A stretch of 64,000 nucleotides of DNA from an uncultured Actinomycetota bacterium (GTDB taxonomy: Bacteria > Actinomycetota > Actinomycetes > JACCUZ01): assembly GCA_963789855.1 (NCBI GenBank), contig CAWBMM010000017.1, forward strand, positions 111,910-175,909. The letters are read 5' to 3'. The notes below the pieces were generated by a model, which was not told the DNA's origin, made no database searches, and worked only from the letters and a program-made list of their open reading frames with translations. The first letter of the stretch is position 1. Each line of letters begins with the position of its first letter. Below are positions 1 through 15,311 of this stretch, piece after piece. A program made the translations under genes and the position numbers.

Positions 1-1240
1 GGATCGTGGCGGGGATGACGGGGTACCCGCCGGAGCTGTTGGACCTGGATCTGGACCTGGAGGCCGATCTGGGGGTGGACACGGTCAAGCAGGCCGAGGT
101 GTTCGCGGCGGTGCGGGAGCGGTTCGGGGTGGAGCGGGACGACAACCTGGCGTTGCGGGAGTTCCCGACGTTGGCGCACGTGATCGGCTGGATCCGGGAC
201 AAGACCGGTATCCAGCCGGTGGCGCCGGTTGCTGCGCCGGTGGCGCCGGCGGCGCCGGTGGCGCCTGCGCCGGTGGTGCCGGAGGTCGTGCTGTCGCCGG
301 TTCCGGTGCCGATGAGGTGACCGATGCGGTGGTGGGGATCGTGGCGGGGATGACGGGGTACCCGCCGGAGCTGTTGGACCTGGATCTGGACCTGGAGGCC
401 GATCTGGGGGTGGACACGGTCAAGCAGGCCGAGGTGTTCGCGGCGGTGCGGGAGCGGTTCGGGGTGGAGCGGGACGACAACCTGGCGTTGCGGGAGTTCC
501 CGACGTTGGCGCACGTGATCGGCTGGATCCGGGACAAGACCGGTATCCAGCCGGTGGCGCCGGTTGCTGCGCCGGTGGCCGCCGGTGGCCGCGGCTGCGC
601 CGGTGGTGCCGGAGCCGTGCTGAGGTCGCCGGTTCCGGTGGCCGATGAGGTGACCGATGCGGTGGTGGGGATCGTGGCGGGGATGACGGGGTACCCGCCG
701 GAGCTGTTGGACCTGGATCTGGACCTGGAGGCCGATCTGGGGGTGGACACGGTCAAGCAGGCCGAGGTGTTCGCGGCGGTGCGGGAGCGGTTCGGGGTGG
801 AGCGGGACGACAACCTGGCGTTGCGGGAGTTCCCGACGTTGGCGCACGTGATCGGCTGGATCCGGGACAAGACCGGTATCCAGCCGGTGGCGCCGGTGGC
901 TGCGCCGGCGGCCGCCGGTGGCGCCCGGTGGCCCGGCTGCGCCGGTGGTGTCGGAGCCCGCGCTTGTGGTCGTCGCCGGTTCCGGTGGCCGATGAGGTGA
1001 CCGATGCGGTGGTGGGGATCGTGGCGGGGATGACGGGGTACCCGCCGGAGCTGTTGGACCTGGATCTGGATCTGGAGGCCGATCTGGGGGTGGACACGGT
1101 CAAGCAGGCCGAGGTGTTCGCGGCGGTGCGGGAGCGGTTCGGGGTGGAGCGGGACGACAACCTGGCGTTGCGGGAGTTCCCGACGTTGGCGCACGTGATC
1201 GGCTGGGTCCGGGAGAAGACCGGTATCGCAGCCCGGTGGC
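1..1240 (+). repeat. Four tandem, near-identical coding repeats of about 330–348 bp, each one ACP domain plus an Ala/Pro/Val linker
   Basis: The string gatcgtggcggggatgacggggtacccgccggagctgttggacctggatctggacctggaggccgatctgggggtggacacggtcaagcaggccgaggtgttcgcggcggtgcgggagcggttcggggtggagcgggacgacaacctggcgttgcgggagttcccgacgttggcgcacgtgatcggctgg recurs at about 5, 339, 670 and 1018 with only a handful of differences. Confidence 0.9.
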
Positions 1241-3800
1241 AGCTGCCGGTCGCCGCGCCGGAAGCCGGCGTCGCCGGCGCCGTGGCCCAGGTGCACCCGA
1301 CGACCGTCGCCGGCGACCTCGACGCCGTCGACCGGATGCCGCGGCGGGTTCCCGTGCCGGTGCTGCGCCCCGCGCTCGGGCAGTGCCTGCCCACCGGCGT
1401 CACCCTGGGCGAGGGTGCCCGGGTGATCGTGATGCGCGACCAGGGCGGCGTCGCAGACGCACTTGTCGACCGCCTGACCAAGGCCGGTGTCACCGTGCTC
1501 GGGCTCGACCCGGCACGACCACGCGATGCCCTGCTGTCGGCGGTCGAGGACTGGCGAGCCGAGGGTCCGGTGACCGGTGTCTACTGGCTGGCCGCCCTGG
1601 ACGACGAGGGTCCGCACGAGGCCCTGGACCTCCCGGCCTGGCAGGAGGCGCTGCGCCGGCGGGTCAAGACCCTCTACGCGACGATGCGGCGGCTGTACGA
1701 CGACAGCCCGTTCCTGGTCACCGGGACCAGGCTGGGCGGGTACCACGGCTACGACGACGCCGGCGCCACCGCGCCGATGGGCGGGGCGGTGACCGGCTTC
1801 GCCAAGTCGTACAAGAAGGAGCGTCCGGAGGCGCTGGTCAAGGCGGTCGACCTGCCGGTCAACCGGAAGACGGCGCAGCCGGCACAGGCCGCTGATCGAC
1901 GAGACGCTGCGCGACCCGGGATGCGTCGAGGTGGGGCACGTCGACGGTCTGCGCTGGGGCGTCGGGCTCGTGGAGCGGCCGTTCCCACCGCAAGGTGAGC
2001 CCGCTCCGGACGCGCTCACGTTGGGGCCGGACAGTGTCGTCCTGGTCACCGGAGCGGCCGGCAGCATCGTGTCGGCGATCACGGCCGACCTGGCGGAGGC
2101 GACGGGCGCGACCTTCCACCTGCTCGACCTGACGCCGACGCCCGACCCTGCCGACCCGGACCTGCGTCGCTACCTCGAGGACCGGGACGGGCTCAAGGCC
2201 GACCTCGCGCAGCGGATCCGAGGACCGGGGTGAGCGGCCGACCCCGGTCGCCATCGAGACGGAGCTGGCTCGGTTCGAGCGGCTGGCCGCCGCGCTGGCC
2301 GCCATCGAGGCGGTCGAGGCCGCCGGTGGAACGCCGCACTACCACTCCGTCGACCTCACCGACGCCGACGCGGTCGATCGCGTCCTGGACGCGGTGCGAG
2401 CCACCAGCACCCGGGTGGACCTGCTGCTGCACGCCGCCGGCCTGGAGATCAGCCAGGCGCTGCCGGACAAGGAGCCGGCGGAGTTCGACCTCGTGTTCGG
2501 CGTGAAGAGCCGACGGCTGGTTCAACGTCCTGCACGGCGCCGGCGACCTGCCGATCGGCGCGACGGTCGTCTTCTCCTCGGTGGCCGGCCGGTTCGGCAA
2601 CGCGGGGCAGACCGACTACAGCGCCGCGAACGACCTGCTGTGCAAGGTCACCAGCAGCTTCCGCCGCACCCGCCCGGGAACCCGGGCGCTCGCCCTCGAC
2701 TGGACGGCGTGGGGCGGGATCGGCATGGCGACCCGCGGGTCGATCCCGAAGATCATGGAGATGGCCGGCGTCGAGGTGCTGCCCGCGGAGGCCGGCGTGG
2801 CCTGGATCCGCCGGGAGCTCACGGCGCACGCCTTCCGCGGCGAGGTCGTCGTGGCCGGCGAGCTGGGCCTGATGGCCGGCGGCGACCACCCGAGCGGCGG
2901 GCTCGACCCGGCGTCGCTGACGGTCGCCGGCTGCCGGTCCGATGGTCGGCGAGGTGGTCGAGGCCGACGTCCACGACGGACTGGTGGTGCGCAGCCACGC
3001 TCGACCCCGCGGCGCAGCCGTTCCTGGACCACCACCGCATCGACGGGACGGCGGTCCTGCCCGGAGTGATGGGGCATGGAGGCGTTCGCCGAGGCGGCGC
3101 GGCTGCTGGTGCCCGACTGGCACGTCGTCGGGGTGGAGGACGTCGACTTCCGGGCTCCGGTGAAGTTCTACCGGGACGAGCCGCGGACGCTCACGGTCAC
3201 TGCCCTGCTGCGGCCCGACGGGGCGGACCTGCTCGCCGAGTGCCGGCTCACGGCGGACCGGGTGCTGCCCGGCAGCGACGCACCACAGCGGACGGTGCAC
3301 TTCACCGGCGCCGGTGCGGCTGCGGGCGGAGCCACCCGAGCCGAGGACGACCGAGCCGCTGGAGCGCGCGGAGGACGCGCCGGTCGTGGCCCGCGAGGAC
3401 GTCTACCGGCTGTACTTCCACGGACCGGCGTACCAGGTGGTCGCCGAGGGCTGGCGGGACGACGGTACGGCGGTCACGCGGCTCGCTGACGCGACTGCCC
3501 GCCGAACCACGATCCGGCGGATCGCCGACCGTCCTCGCTCCCCGCCTGGTGGAGCTGTGCTTCCAGACCGCCGGGCTGTGGGAGGCCGGCCGGACCGGTC
3601 GGCTCGGGCTGCCCGCCCACGTCGACGCGGGTCCTGGTGGTCGGCGCACCCCCGCCCGACGGGGCGACCGGACGGGTGTACGCGGTGGCGCGTCCCGTTC
3701 CTGCCGGCGACGGCGAGGCGTTCGACTGCACCGTGCTCGACGGCGACGGACGGGTGATCCTGCGGGTCGAGGGCTACCGCACCGTCGCCCTGCCGGGGGC
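1..3800 (+). CDS. PfaA-like PUFA/secondary-lipid synthase (polyketide synthase), 3' portion only: 4 tandem ACP domains, then KR, then DH. The 5' end lies outside the window and the reading frame is interrupted by several frameshifts.
   Basis: Three consecutive ORFs (6..320, 317..1000, 928..1998) repeat the motif [63 protein letters not shown] four times, which matches the PfaA ACP fold (cf. Shewanella [30 protein letters not shown]). KR Rossmann signatures follow ([25 protein letters not shown]; [12 protein letters not shown]). A PfaA-type DH hot-dog region comes next ([25 protein letters not shown]; [13 protein letters not shown]; [17 protein letters not shown]). Frame changes occur near 310, 1000, 1990, 2230, 2590, 3070, 3300, 3500 and 3630. 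Confidence 0.8.
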
Positions 3801-3860
3801 GATTCCCGCCGGACGTGCGCGGGCCGCTGCAGACCGTGATGTCCGAGGCGGACGACGGGC

Positions 3861-9599
<5,739 letters not shown>

Positions 9600-10323
9600 G
9601 CAGGAAGGCGCCGTCGCGTCGCCACCAGCCGGACATCGTCCCGCCCTCGACGGTCGTCACCGCAAGGGCACCCCAGCCATCCCGGTCCGCTGCCGGATCG
9701 GGCTCGTGCACGGTGACCTCCACCGACCGGGTGTCCCGGCGCAGCCCGGTGCGCAGCACCTTGAGCGCGCTCTCCTTGGCGGACCACAGGAGGTTCGCGG
9801 CCGCGTCCCGCTCGTCGCCGTCCGCCTGTGCCGCGACGAAGTCCTGCTCGCCGTCGGTGAGGAAGTCGCTGACGAACCCGCGGGAGCGAGGCTCGACGAT
9901 CTCGAGGTCGCACCCCACCCGGTTGAGATCCGGGCCGACGACGCAGACGGCCCACCCGGCACGGTCGGTCAACGAGACGTCCAGCCCGAGCGGTCGGCCG
10001 TCGACGAGCACGTACGGGGCCCCGCTGGCGCGGTTGGCCACCTCGATGCCGGCCAGGTCGCCGGCACCGGTGGCCCGGCCGGTGCTGGCAGCCACGGCCT
10101 GCTTGCCGACCCAGCGGCGCAGCAGGTACTCGGACCGGCGTTTGGTGAACCGCATGCCCGCCGCCCGGTGGGCCTCGCGGGGGGTCAACCAGCTGTCGTC
10201 GGCCGGCAGCTCGTGCTCGCCGCGGGCCAGCCACCTCAGCGGCGCCTGCACCGGGCTCGCCTGCTCGGCGGGAGCGGCACCCGGGAGGAGCGGCTGGTTC
10301 CTGTTCCCCACCTGGTGAGTGTC

Positions 10324-10803
10324 TCAGCCCGGTGCCGGCTGGGCGGGGAAGTGCTCGCGCAGCGTGAAGGCGAACGGCGTCGGGCCCAGCCGGCGCAGCC
10401 CGCGGATGCGTTCCTCGGCTTCGGTCAGGGTCGGCCGACGGCCGGCGGGCACCCACCAGCAGGCGGTGTACGCCTCCCGCATCGGCTCGAACCACTCCCG
10501 CCGACGGCGCAGCACCCGACGGTGGGCCTCGCCGTAGACGAACGCTGCGAGGTGCTCGACGTCGACCCACACCGACATGTTCGTGATGACTCCTGCGCTG
10601 TCACCGATGTCCCAGGTGAAGGCATGGAACGACGTCGCGTTGCCGTCCTCCGACTGCAGGCGCCACACGAAGCCGGGTGCCAGCTCGGCGGCCAGGTTGA
10701 CGGGGTCCAGCGAGGTGACGAAGTCCGCCAGCTCGGGGCTCTCCAGCGGTGCGACGAGCCGCGCGACGTTGACCTGCGCCAGCTCAAGCCGGGCGCTGGG
10801 CAT
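10324..10803 (-). CDS. DUF3291-family protein
   Basis: 159-aa ORF (MPSARLELAQVNVARL ... WVDVEHLAAFVYGEAHRRV), typical of the actinobacterial DUF3291 family. Identified from recollection of the family, not by search. Confidence 0.5.
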   Translation of the reverse strand: MPSARLELAQVNVARLVAPLESPELADFVTSLDPVNLAAELAPGFVWRLQSEDGNATSFHAFTWDIGDSAGVITNMSVWVDVEHLAAFVYGEAHRRVLRRRREWFEPMREAYTACWWVPAGRRPTLTEAEERIRGLRRLGPTPFAFTLREHFPAQPAPG

Positions 10804-11062
10804 CGGCCACCTGCTGGATCTCGGCAGTGTGCGCCGCGACGAGCTCCGGTCGGCCGTGGTACTGCGCCGGTGTGGTCTGGAGCAGCGCGATGCGCCAACG
10901 CTCGTCGTCCTCGCACCGGGCGACGAGGGACCCGATCATCGCGCCGTCGTCGGCGAACAGGGCGGCGAAGGCAGCTGCATCGCGCGCGTTCCAGGCGCGC
11001 AGGAGCTGGGAGTAGAGGTCCCGCACCGCCGCCTCGTCGCGGTCACCGGTCACGGCACGCAT
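10784..11062 (-). CDS. SnoaL-like / NTF2-fold (SgcJ/EcaC-type) protein
   Basis: ORF 10784..11191. The likely start is the internal Met (MRAVTGDRDEAAVRDLYSQLLRAWNARDAAAFAALFADDGAMIGS), an NTF2-like signature. The 3' end overlaps the preceding gene by 20 nt. Confidence 0.45.
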   Translation of the reverse strand: MRAVTGDRDEAAVRDLYSQLLRAWNARDAAAFAALFADDGAMIGSLVARCEDDERWRIALLQTTPAQYHGRPELVAAHTAEIQQVADAQRPA

Positions 11063-11205
11063 CGTACGGCGGGCCGGACGAGCCGGTTTCGTGCCCTTCT
11101 CCTCCGGTCTGACCGGGGCGAGGGCGGAGCTGCGCGGGTGGCGGGCGGCGATGCCGGGGAGCCCCCTCCTGCTTCCCGGCACCGCCGACACCTGAAGCCT
11201 CTCCC

Positions 11206-11736
11206 ATGGCGCCGGTCGTCGCCATCGGCCGTTCGCCCCCGTCGTCAGTGGGACGTTCCGGCGGATGCGACGTCGTCCGGTCGGCCCAGCCTGCGGCCGG
11301 GGGAGGCGGCCGGCTCGGTCGTGCCGGCGGCTCCGGGGGCCGCTGCCTGGCAGACCCGGCCTCGGTCACCGGAATGCGCCGTTCGGGCCACATCGAGGTC
11401 AAGGTGCTTCCGCAAACCTGGGATCGGCGTCATGCTTCCCGCATGGCAGGCCAGCGCGACACCGATGCGACCAGGTCTGCCCTGGCGATGGTGCGGGCCG
11501 ACTGGCAGCAGGACGAGGCGAGCTGGGCGAACCTGTGGTCCCTGGCCGAGGACCACGGCGCCGTGGCCCGCGAGCTCACCCGGCTGTGCCGGGAGAACCT
11601 CGAACGGCTGGCATCGGTGGCGGGGATCTCTACGGCCGAGATGCTGCACCGGATGGCCGGGCACCTCATCCCGCACCCCGAGCCGGGGCGGGTGGACCTG
11701 CTGCACCTGCAGAGCCGAGCGGTCGACCGCGACTGA
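11206..11736 (+). CDS. Hypothetical protein
   Basis: 176-aa ORF with no recognised domain. Codon bias is consistent with coding. The start may lie internally (MRRSGHIEVKV...). Confidence 0.3.
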   Translation: MAPVVAIGRSPPSSVGRSGGCDVVRSAQPAAGGGGRLGRAGGSGGRCLADPASVTGMRRSGHIEVKVLPQTWDRRHASRMAGQRDTDATRSALAMVRADWQQDEASWANLWSLAEDHGAVARELTRLCRENLERLASVAGISTAEMLHRMAGHLIPHPEPGRVDLLHLQSRAVDRD

Positions 11737-11747
11737 GGGCCGGCCGG

Positions 11748-12599
11748 TCACCCGAGAGCCGTGAGCACCTCCGGCTCGCCGTCGGTGACCAGCAGGGTGT
11801 GCTCGAACTGCGCCGAGCGCTTGCGGTCACGGGTGACGACGGTCCAGCCGTCGTCCCACATCTCCCACTCGTGGCTGCCGAGGTTGAGCATCGGCTCGAT
11901 CGTGAACGTCATGCCCTCCTCGATGAGGATGTCGTGCGACGGGTCGTCGTAGTGCGGCACGACCAGACCGGAGTGGAACGCCGTGCCGATGCCGTGTCCG
12001 GTGAACTCCCGAACCACGCCGTAGCCGAACCGGCGCGCGTAGGACTCGATCACCCGGCCGATGACGCTGATCGGCCGGCCGGGCCGCACCGCCTTGATCG
12101 CCCGGCGGAGGGCCTCCTCGGTGCGCTCGACGAGCAACCGGTCCTCCTCGGCGACGTCTCCCACGAGGAACGTCGCGTCGGTGTCGCCGTGCACCCCGCC
12201 GAGGTAGGCCGTGATGTCGACGTTCACGATGTCCCCGTCCCGCAGCTCGGTGCTGTCGGGGATGCCGTGGCACACGACCTCGTTGACCGAGGTGCACAGG
12301 GACTTGGGAAAGCCCTTGTAGCCCAGGGTCGAGGGGTACGCCCCGTGGTCCAGCAGGAACTGGTGGCCGACCTGGTCCAGCTCGTCGGTGGTGACGCCGG
12401 GTGCCACCTGCCGGCCGACCTCCGCGAGCGCCTCGGCGGCGAGTCGACCCGCCACCCGCATCCGGGCGATGGTGTCCGCGTCCTTGACCTCGGGCCCGGT
12501 GTAGCGGGCGGGGGCCGGGCGCCCGACGTACTCGGGTCGCTCGATCGATGCGGGCACGGTCCGGAGGGGGGAGACCACGCCGGGGCTGAGGGTCGGCAT
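11748..12599 (-). CDS. map: Type I methionine aminopeptidase
   Basis: 283-aa ORF with the metal-ligand and pita-bread motifs [53 protein letters not shown] and TFTIEPML. Confidence 0.9.
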   Translation of the reverse strand: MPTLSPGVVSPLRTVPASIERPEYVGRPAPARYTGPEVKDADTIARMRVAGRLAAEALAEVGRQVAPGVTTDELDQVGHQFLLDHGAYPSTLGYKGFPKSLCTSVNEVVCHGIPDSTELRDGDIVNVDITAYLGGVHGDTDATFLVGDVAEEDRLLVERTEEALRRAIKAVRPGRPISVIGRVIESYARRFGYGVVREFTGHGIGTAFHSGLVVPHYDDPSHDILIEEGMTFTIEPMLNLGSHEWEMWDDGWTVVTRDRKRSAQFEHTLLVTDGEPEVLTALG

Positions 12600-12634
12600 G
12601 GTGCAGGAGTCTAGTTTGCGGGCACGATGCCTTC

Positions 12635-12820
12635 ATGAGCGACGACGACGAGCAGTGGTACTACTGCCTGAAGCACAAGAAGATCGAGCAGGGGCAGGTC
12701 TGCGCCGGCACCGAGCGCCTCGGGCCCTATGCCACCGCGGCCGAGGCGGAGCGGGCCATCGCGCATGCTGCCGAGCGGACCGAGGCCTGGGACAGCGATC
12801 CCCGCTGGAAGGACGACTGA
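12635..12820 (+). CDS. Small conserved hypothetical protein (61 aa)
   Basis: MSDDDEQWYYCLKHKKIEQGQVCAGTERLGPYATAAEAERAIAHAAERTEAWDSD. Sits in the compact intergenic slot divergent from map and is followed by a strong hairpin. Confidence 0.45.
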   Translation: MSDDDEQWYYCLKHKKIEQGQVCAGTERLGPYATAAEAERAIAHAAERTEAWDSDPRWKDD

Positions 12821-12837
12821 GGCAGCCCTGCGCACAG

Positions 12838-12878
12838 CGAAGGGGGCCGACCCGGTCTCCCGGGCGGCCCCCTTCGGC
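12838..12878. terminator. Bidirectional intrinsic-terminator-like hairpin between convergent genes
   Basis: cgaagggggccg ... cggcccccttcg gives an 11–12-bp GC stem around acccggtctcccgg. It lies between the stop of the small + ORF (12820) and the stop of the – strand histone-like gene (12891). Confidence 0.6.
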
Positions 12879-12890
12879 GATGGCGGGCTG

Positions 12891-13490
12891 CTAGCGCTTG
12901 CGCGCCGGTGCCTTTCTGGCGGTCGTCTTGCGAGGGGTCGTCTTCTTCGCCGTCGTCCTCTTGGCGGTGGTCTTCTTGGCAGTCGCCTTGCGGGTGGTCG
13001 CGGCCTTCTTCGCCGCGGTCTTGCGGACGGTCGTCTTGCGGGCCCGGGTGGTCGCGGCCTTCTTCGCCGCGGTCTTGCGGACGGTCGTCTTGCGGGCCCG
13101 GGTGGTCGCGGCCTTCTTCGCCGCGGTCTTGCGGACGGTCGTCTTGCGGGCCCGGGTGGTCGCGGCCTTCTTCGCCGCCGTCTTGCGGACGGTCGTCTTG
13201 CGCGCGGTGGTCTTCTTCGCCGCGGTCTTGCGCGCCGGTGCCTTCTTGGCGGTGGTCTTGCGTGCGGTCGTCTTCTTCGCCGTGGTCTTCTTGGCGGCGG
13301 CCCGCTTCGTGGTGCGCTTGGCCGGAGCTCGCTTGGCGGTGGTCTTCTTGGCGGTCGCCTTCTTCGCCGTGCTGGTCTTCTTTGCCGGAGCCCTCTTGGC
13401 AGTGGTCGTCTTGCGCGTCGAGCTGGTTGCTGCTCTGGTCACCTTGGCGGTGTCGTCTTTCTCTGTGGCCGGCACACGTGCCTCCTGCAC
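12891..13490 (-). CDS. Histone H1-like / Lys-Ala-Thr-rich nucleoid-associated protein
   Basis: 199-aa ORF made almost entirely of AKK/TAKK/KTT repeats, including 4 exact copies of [18 protein letters not shown] (60-nt DNA period, 13010–13250). The composition resembles HupB C-terminal tails and Hc1-type proteins. Confidence 0.65.
   Translation of the reverse strand: MQEARVPATEKDDTAKVTRAATSSTRKTTTAKRAPAKKTSTAKKATAKKTTAKRAPAKRTTKRAAAKKTTAKKTTARKTTAKKAPARKTAAKKTTARKTTVRKTAAKKAATTRARKTTVRKTAAKKAATTRARKTTVRKTAAKKAATTRARKTTVRKTAAKKAATTRKATAKKTTAKRTTAKKTTPRKTTARKAPARKR
13010..13250. repeat. Four perfect 60-nt tandem repeats inside the histone-like gene
   Basis: cgggtggtcgcggccttcttcgccgcggtcttgcggacggtcgtcttgcgggcc repeated four times. 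Confidence 0.85.
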
Positions 13491-13701
13491 TCGTACGTCG
13501 ACCCGATGGTCGACGTGTTCAACGTAAAGATCGCACTACCACGCGCGTGACACCAGCATTTCGCCGCAAGCCAGTTTTGCGTCGCGCGGCGCGGTGAGGT
13601 CGCGAGTTGTCGGTGCAACGACGCACGTGCTGCACATGCAGCGGCCGAAAACCCTTTCCGCGCAACGGTTTCGGCGCTCACCCCGTCATGCACGCATCGC
13701 G

Positions 13702-14340
13702 TCAACGACGTGGTGCGGGACCGCTGACACGATCGAGAAAACGTGCAAGCCGATCGCGCATCCCGACACGCGACGCGCTCTCACCGGCCGCGACACTCAC
13801 CAGGTGTTGCACCATCGCCATGTCGACGGTGGTGGGCATCGACCGGGCAACGACCAGCGACTCGTCCTGCGCAGGAACGACGATGCGGTCGTGCGCCAAC
13901 GATGCGAGCTCGTCGTCACCTTCGTCGATGGACAGGATCGTGGCACCGGTTCGTCGTGCATCGGCGACACGTTCGAGCAGCTGCTCGGGGGCATCGTCGG
14001 GTGCGACGACGAACACCGTCTCGTCACGGCGCGCGGCCTCGAGCCGCGCCAACGTCACCGAGAGGTGCGGCGGTGCCTGCGGTGGTGGGTCCCATCGGAC
14101 GAGCGTCGGCGACAGCTCGGGGATGCCGGCCAGCCGCGACTCGTCGTCGAGATGTGCCGCGAGGTGCCACGGCTCCTCGGTGGGCGTGCCGACGAGGAGC
14201 AGGCCGCCCGGCTGGTGGGTGGACCGTCGCAGGGTGGCCGCGAACGCCCTGGTCCGGTCGACCCATCCGGTGCTGGCCAGCAGCTCACGCAGCACCTGCA
14301 CGCGTTCGGCATCCACGCGCACAGCCTGCCGGTGCCGTCG
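13702..14340 (-). CDS. Hypothetical protein
   Basis: ORF 13702..14520 overlaps the panB 3' end, so the real start is probably internal (about 14340, VRVDAERVQVLRELL...). No recognised domain. Confidence 0.3.
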   Translation of the reverse strand, partial: RRHRQAVRVDAERVQVLRELLASTGWVDRTRAFAATLRRSTHQPGGLLLVGTPTEEPWHLAAHLDDESRLAGIPELSPTLVRWDPPPQAPPHLSVTLARLEAARRDETVFVVAPDDAPEQLLERVADARRTGATILSIDEGDDELASLAHDRIVVPAQDESLVVARSMPTTVDMAMVQHLVSVAAGESASRVGMRDRLARFLDRVSGPAPRR

Positions 14341-14366
14341 GCCACCGGGCGGGACCGACGCGCGCG

Positions 14367-15251
14367 TCAGTGGAAGGTGTGCTCCTCGCCGGGGAAGCCG
14401 CGCTGCGCCACGTCGTCGGCGAACGCCGCCGCGGCGTCGGTCAACGAGGTGCGCAGATCGGCGTACTGCTTGACGAATCGGGGCATCGCGCCGCGGCGAA
14501 GTCCCGCCATGTCCTGCCACACGAGGACCTGACCATCGCAGTCGGCACCGGCACCGATGCCGATGGTGGGGATGGTCAGCTCGGCGGTCACCCGCTTGGC
14601 GGCATCGGCCGGCACCATCTCCAGCACGACGGCGAAGGCACCGGCAACCTGTAGCGCGAGGGCGTCGTCGACAAGCCGGTCGCCCGCGTCGCCGCGGCCC
14701 TGCACCCGGTAGCCACCCAGGCCGTGCTCGCTCTGCGGGGTGAAGCCGATGTGCGCCATCACCGGGATGCCCGCAGCCACCAGGGCCCGCACCTGCGGTG
14801 CGACCGCAGCGCCGCCCTCCAGCTTCACCGCGTGTGCACCGCCCTCCTTCATGAAGCGCACGGACGTCTCCAGCGCCTGCTCCGGCGAGGACTGGTAGGA
14901 CCCGAACGGCAGGTCTGCCACGACCAGCGCGCGTCGTGCGCTCCGGCTCACCGCGCGCACCAGTGGCAGCAGCTCGTCGACGGTCACGGGCAGCGTCGTC
15001 TCGTAGCCGAGGACGTTGTTGGCCGCCGAGTCACCGACGAGCAGCACCGGGATGCCTGCCTCGTCGAAGATCTCTGCAGTCAGCTGGTCGTACGAGGTCA
15101 GCATGGCGAACCGGTCGCCGCGCTCCTTCATCGCCTGCAGGTGGTGGACCCGCACCCGCTTGCGCGGCGCCCCAGCCGCGGCGGGGCCGGTGCCGTAGGG
15201 GGCAGTGGTCTCCGGTGTGGTGGCGTCGGTCATGGTGAACCTCCGTAGCAA
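14367..15251 (-). CDS. panB: 3-methyl-2-oxobutanoate hydroxymethyltransferase
   Basis: 294-aa ORF with [44 protein letters not shown] and AHAVKLEGG (TIM-barrel KPHMT signature). Confidence 0.9.
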   Translation of the reverse strand: MLRRFTMTDATTPETTAPYGTGPAAAGAPRKRVRVHHLQAMKERGDRFAMLTSYDQLTAEIFDEAGIPVLLVGDSAANNVLGYETTLPVTVDELLPLVRAVSRSARRALVVADLPFGSYQSSPEQALETSVRFMKEGGAHAVKLEGGAAVAPQVRALVAAGIPVMAHIGFTPQSEHGLGGYRVQGRGDAGDRLVDDALALQVAGAFAVVLEMVPADAAKRVTAELTIPTIGIGAGADCDGQVLVWQDMAGLRRGAMPRFVKQYADLRTSLTDAAAAFADDVAQRGFPGEEHTFH

Positions 15252-15311
15252 GCCTCGAGGCTCCTCCAGCGGGAGTCCCCGGACACCCTCATCGTGCCAC
15301 GTCCTGGACCA

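Noticed and set aside
85-2082. 665-aa minus-strand ORF across the ACP repeat array
   Set aside because: It is antisense to strongly supported ACP/KR coding sequence. Its Pro/Arg/Ser/Thr-rich low-complexity translation is typical of spurious long ORFs in 70%+ GC DNA.
12729-13597. Several + strand ORFs (273, 209 and 229 aa) with periodic Leu/Arg/Gly composition
   Set aside because: They are mirror readings of the Lys/Ala-rich histone-like gene on the minus strand.
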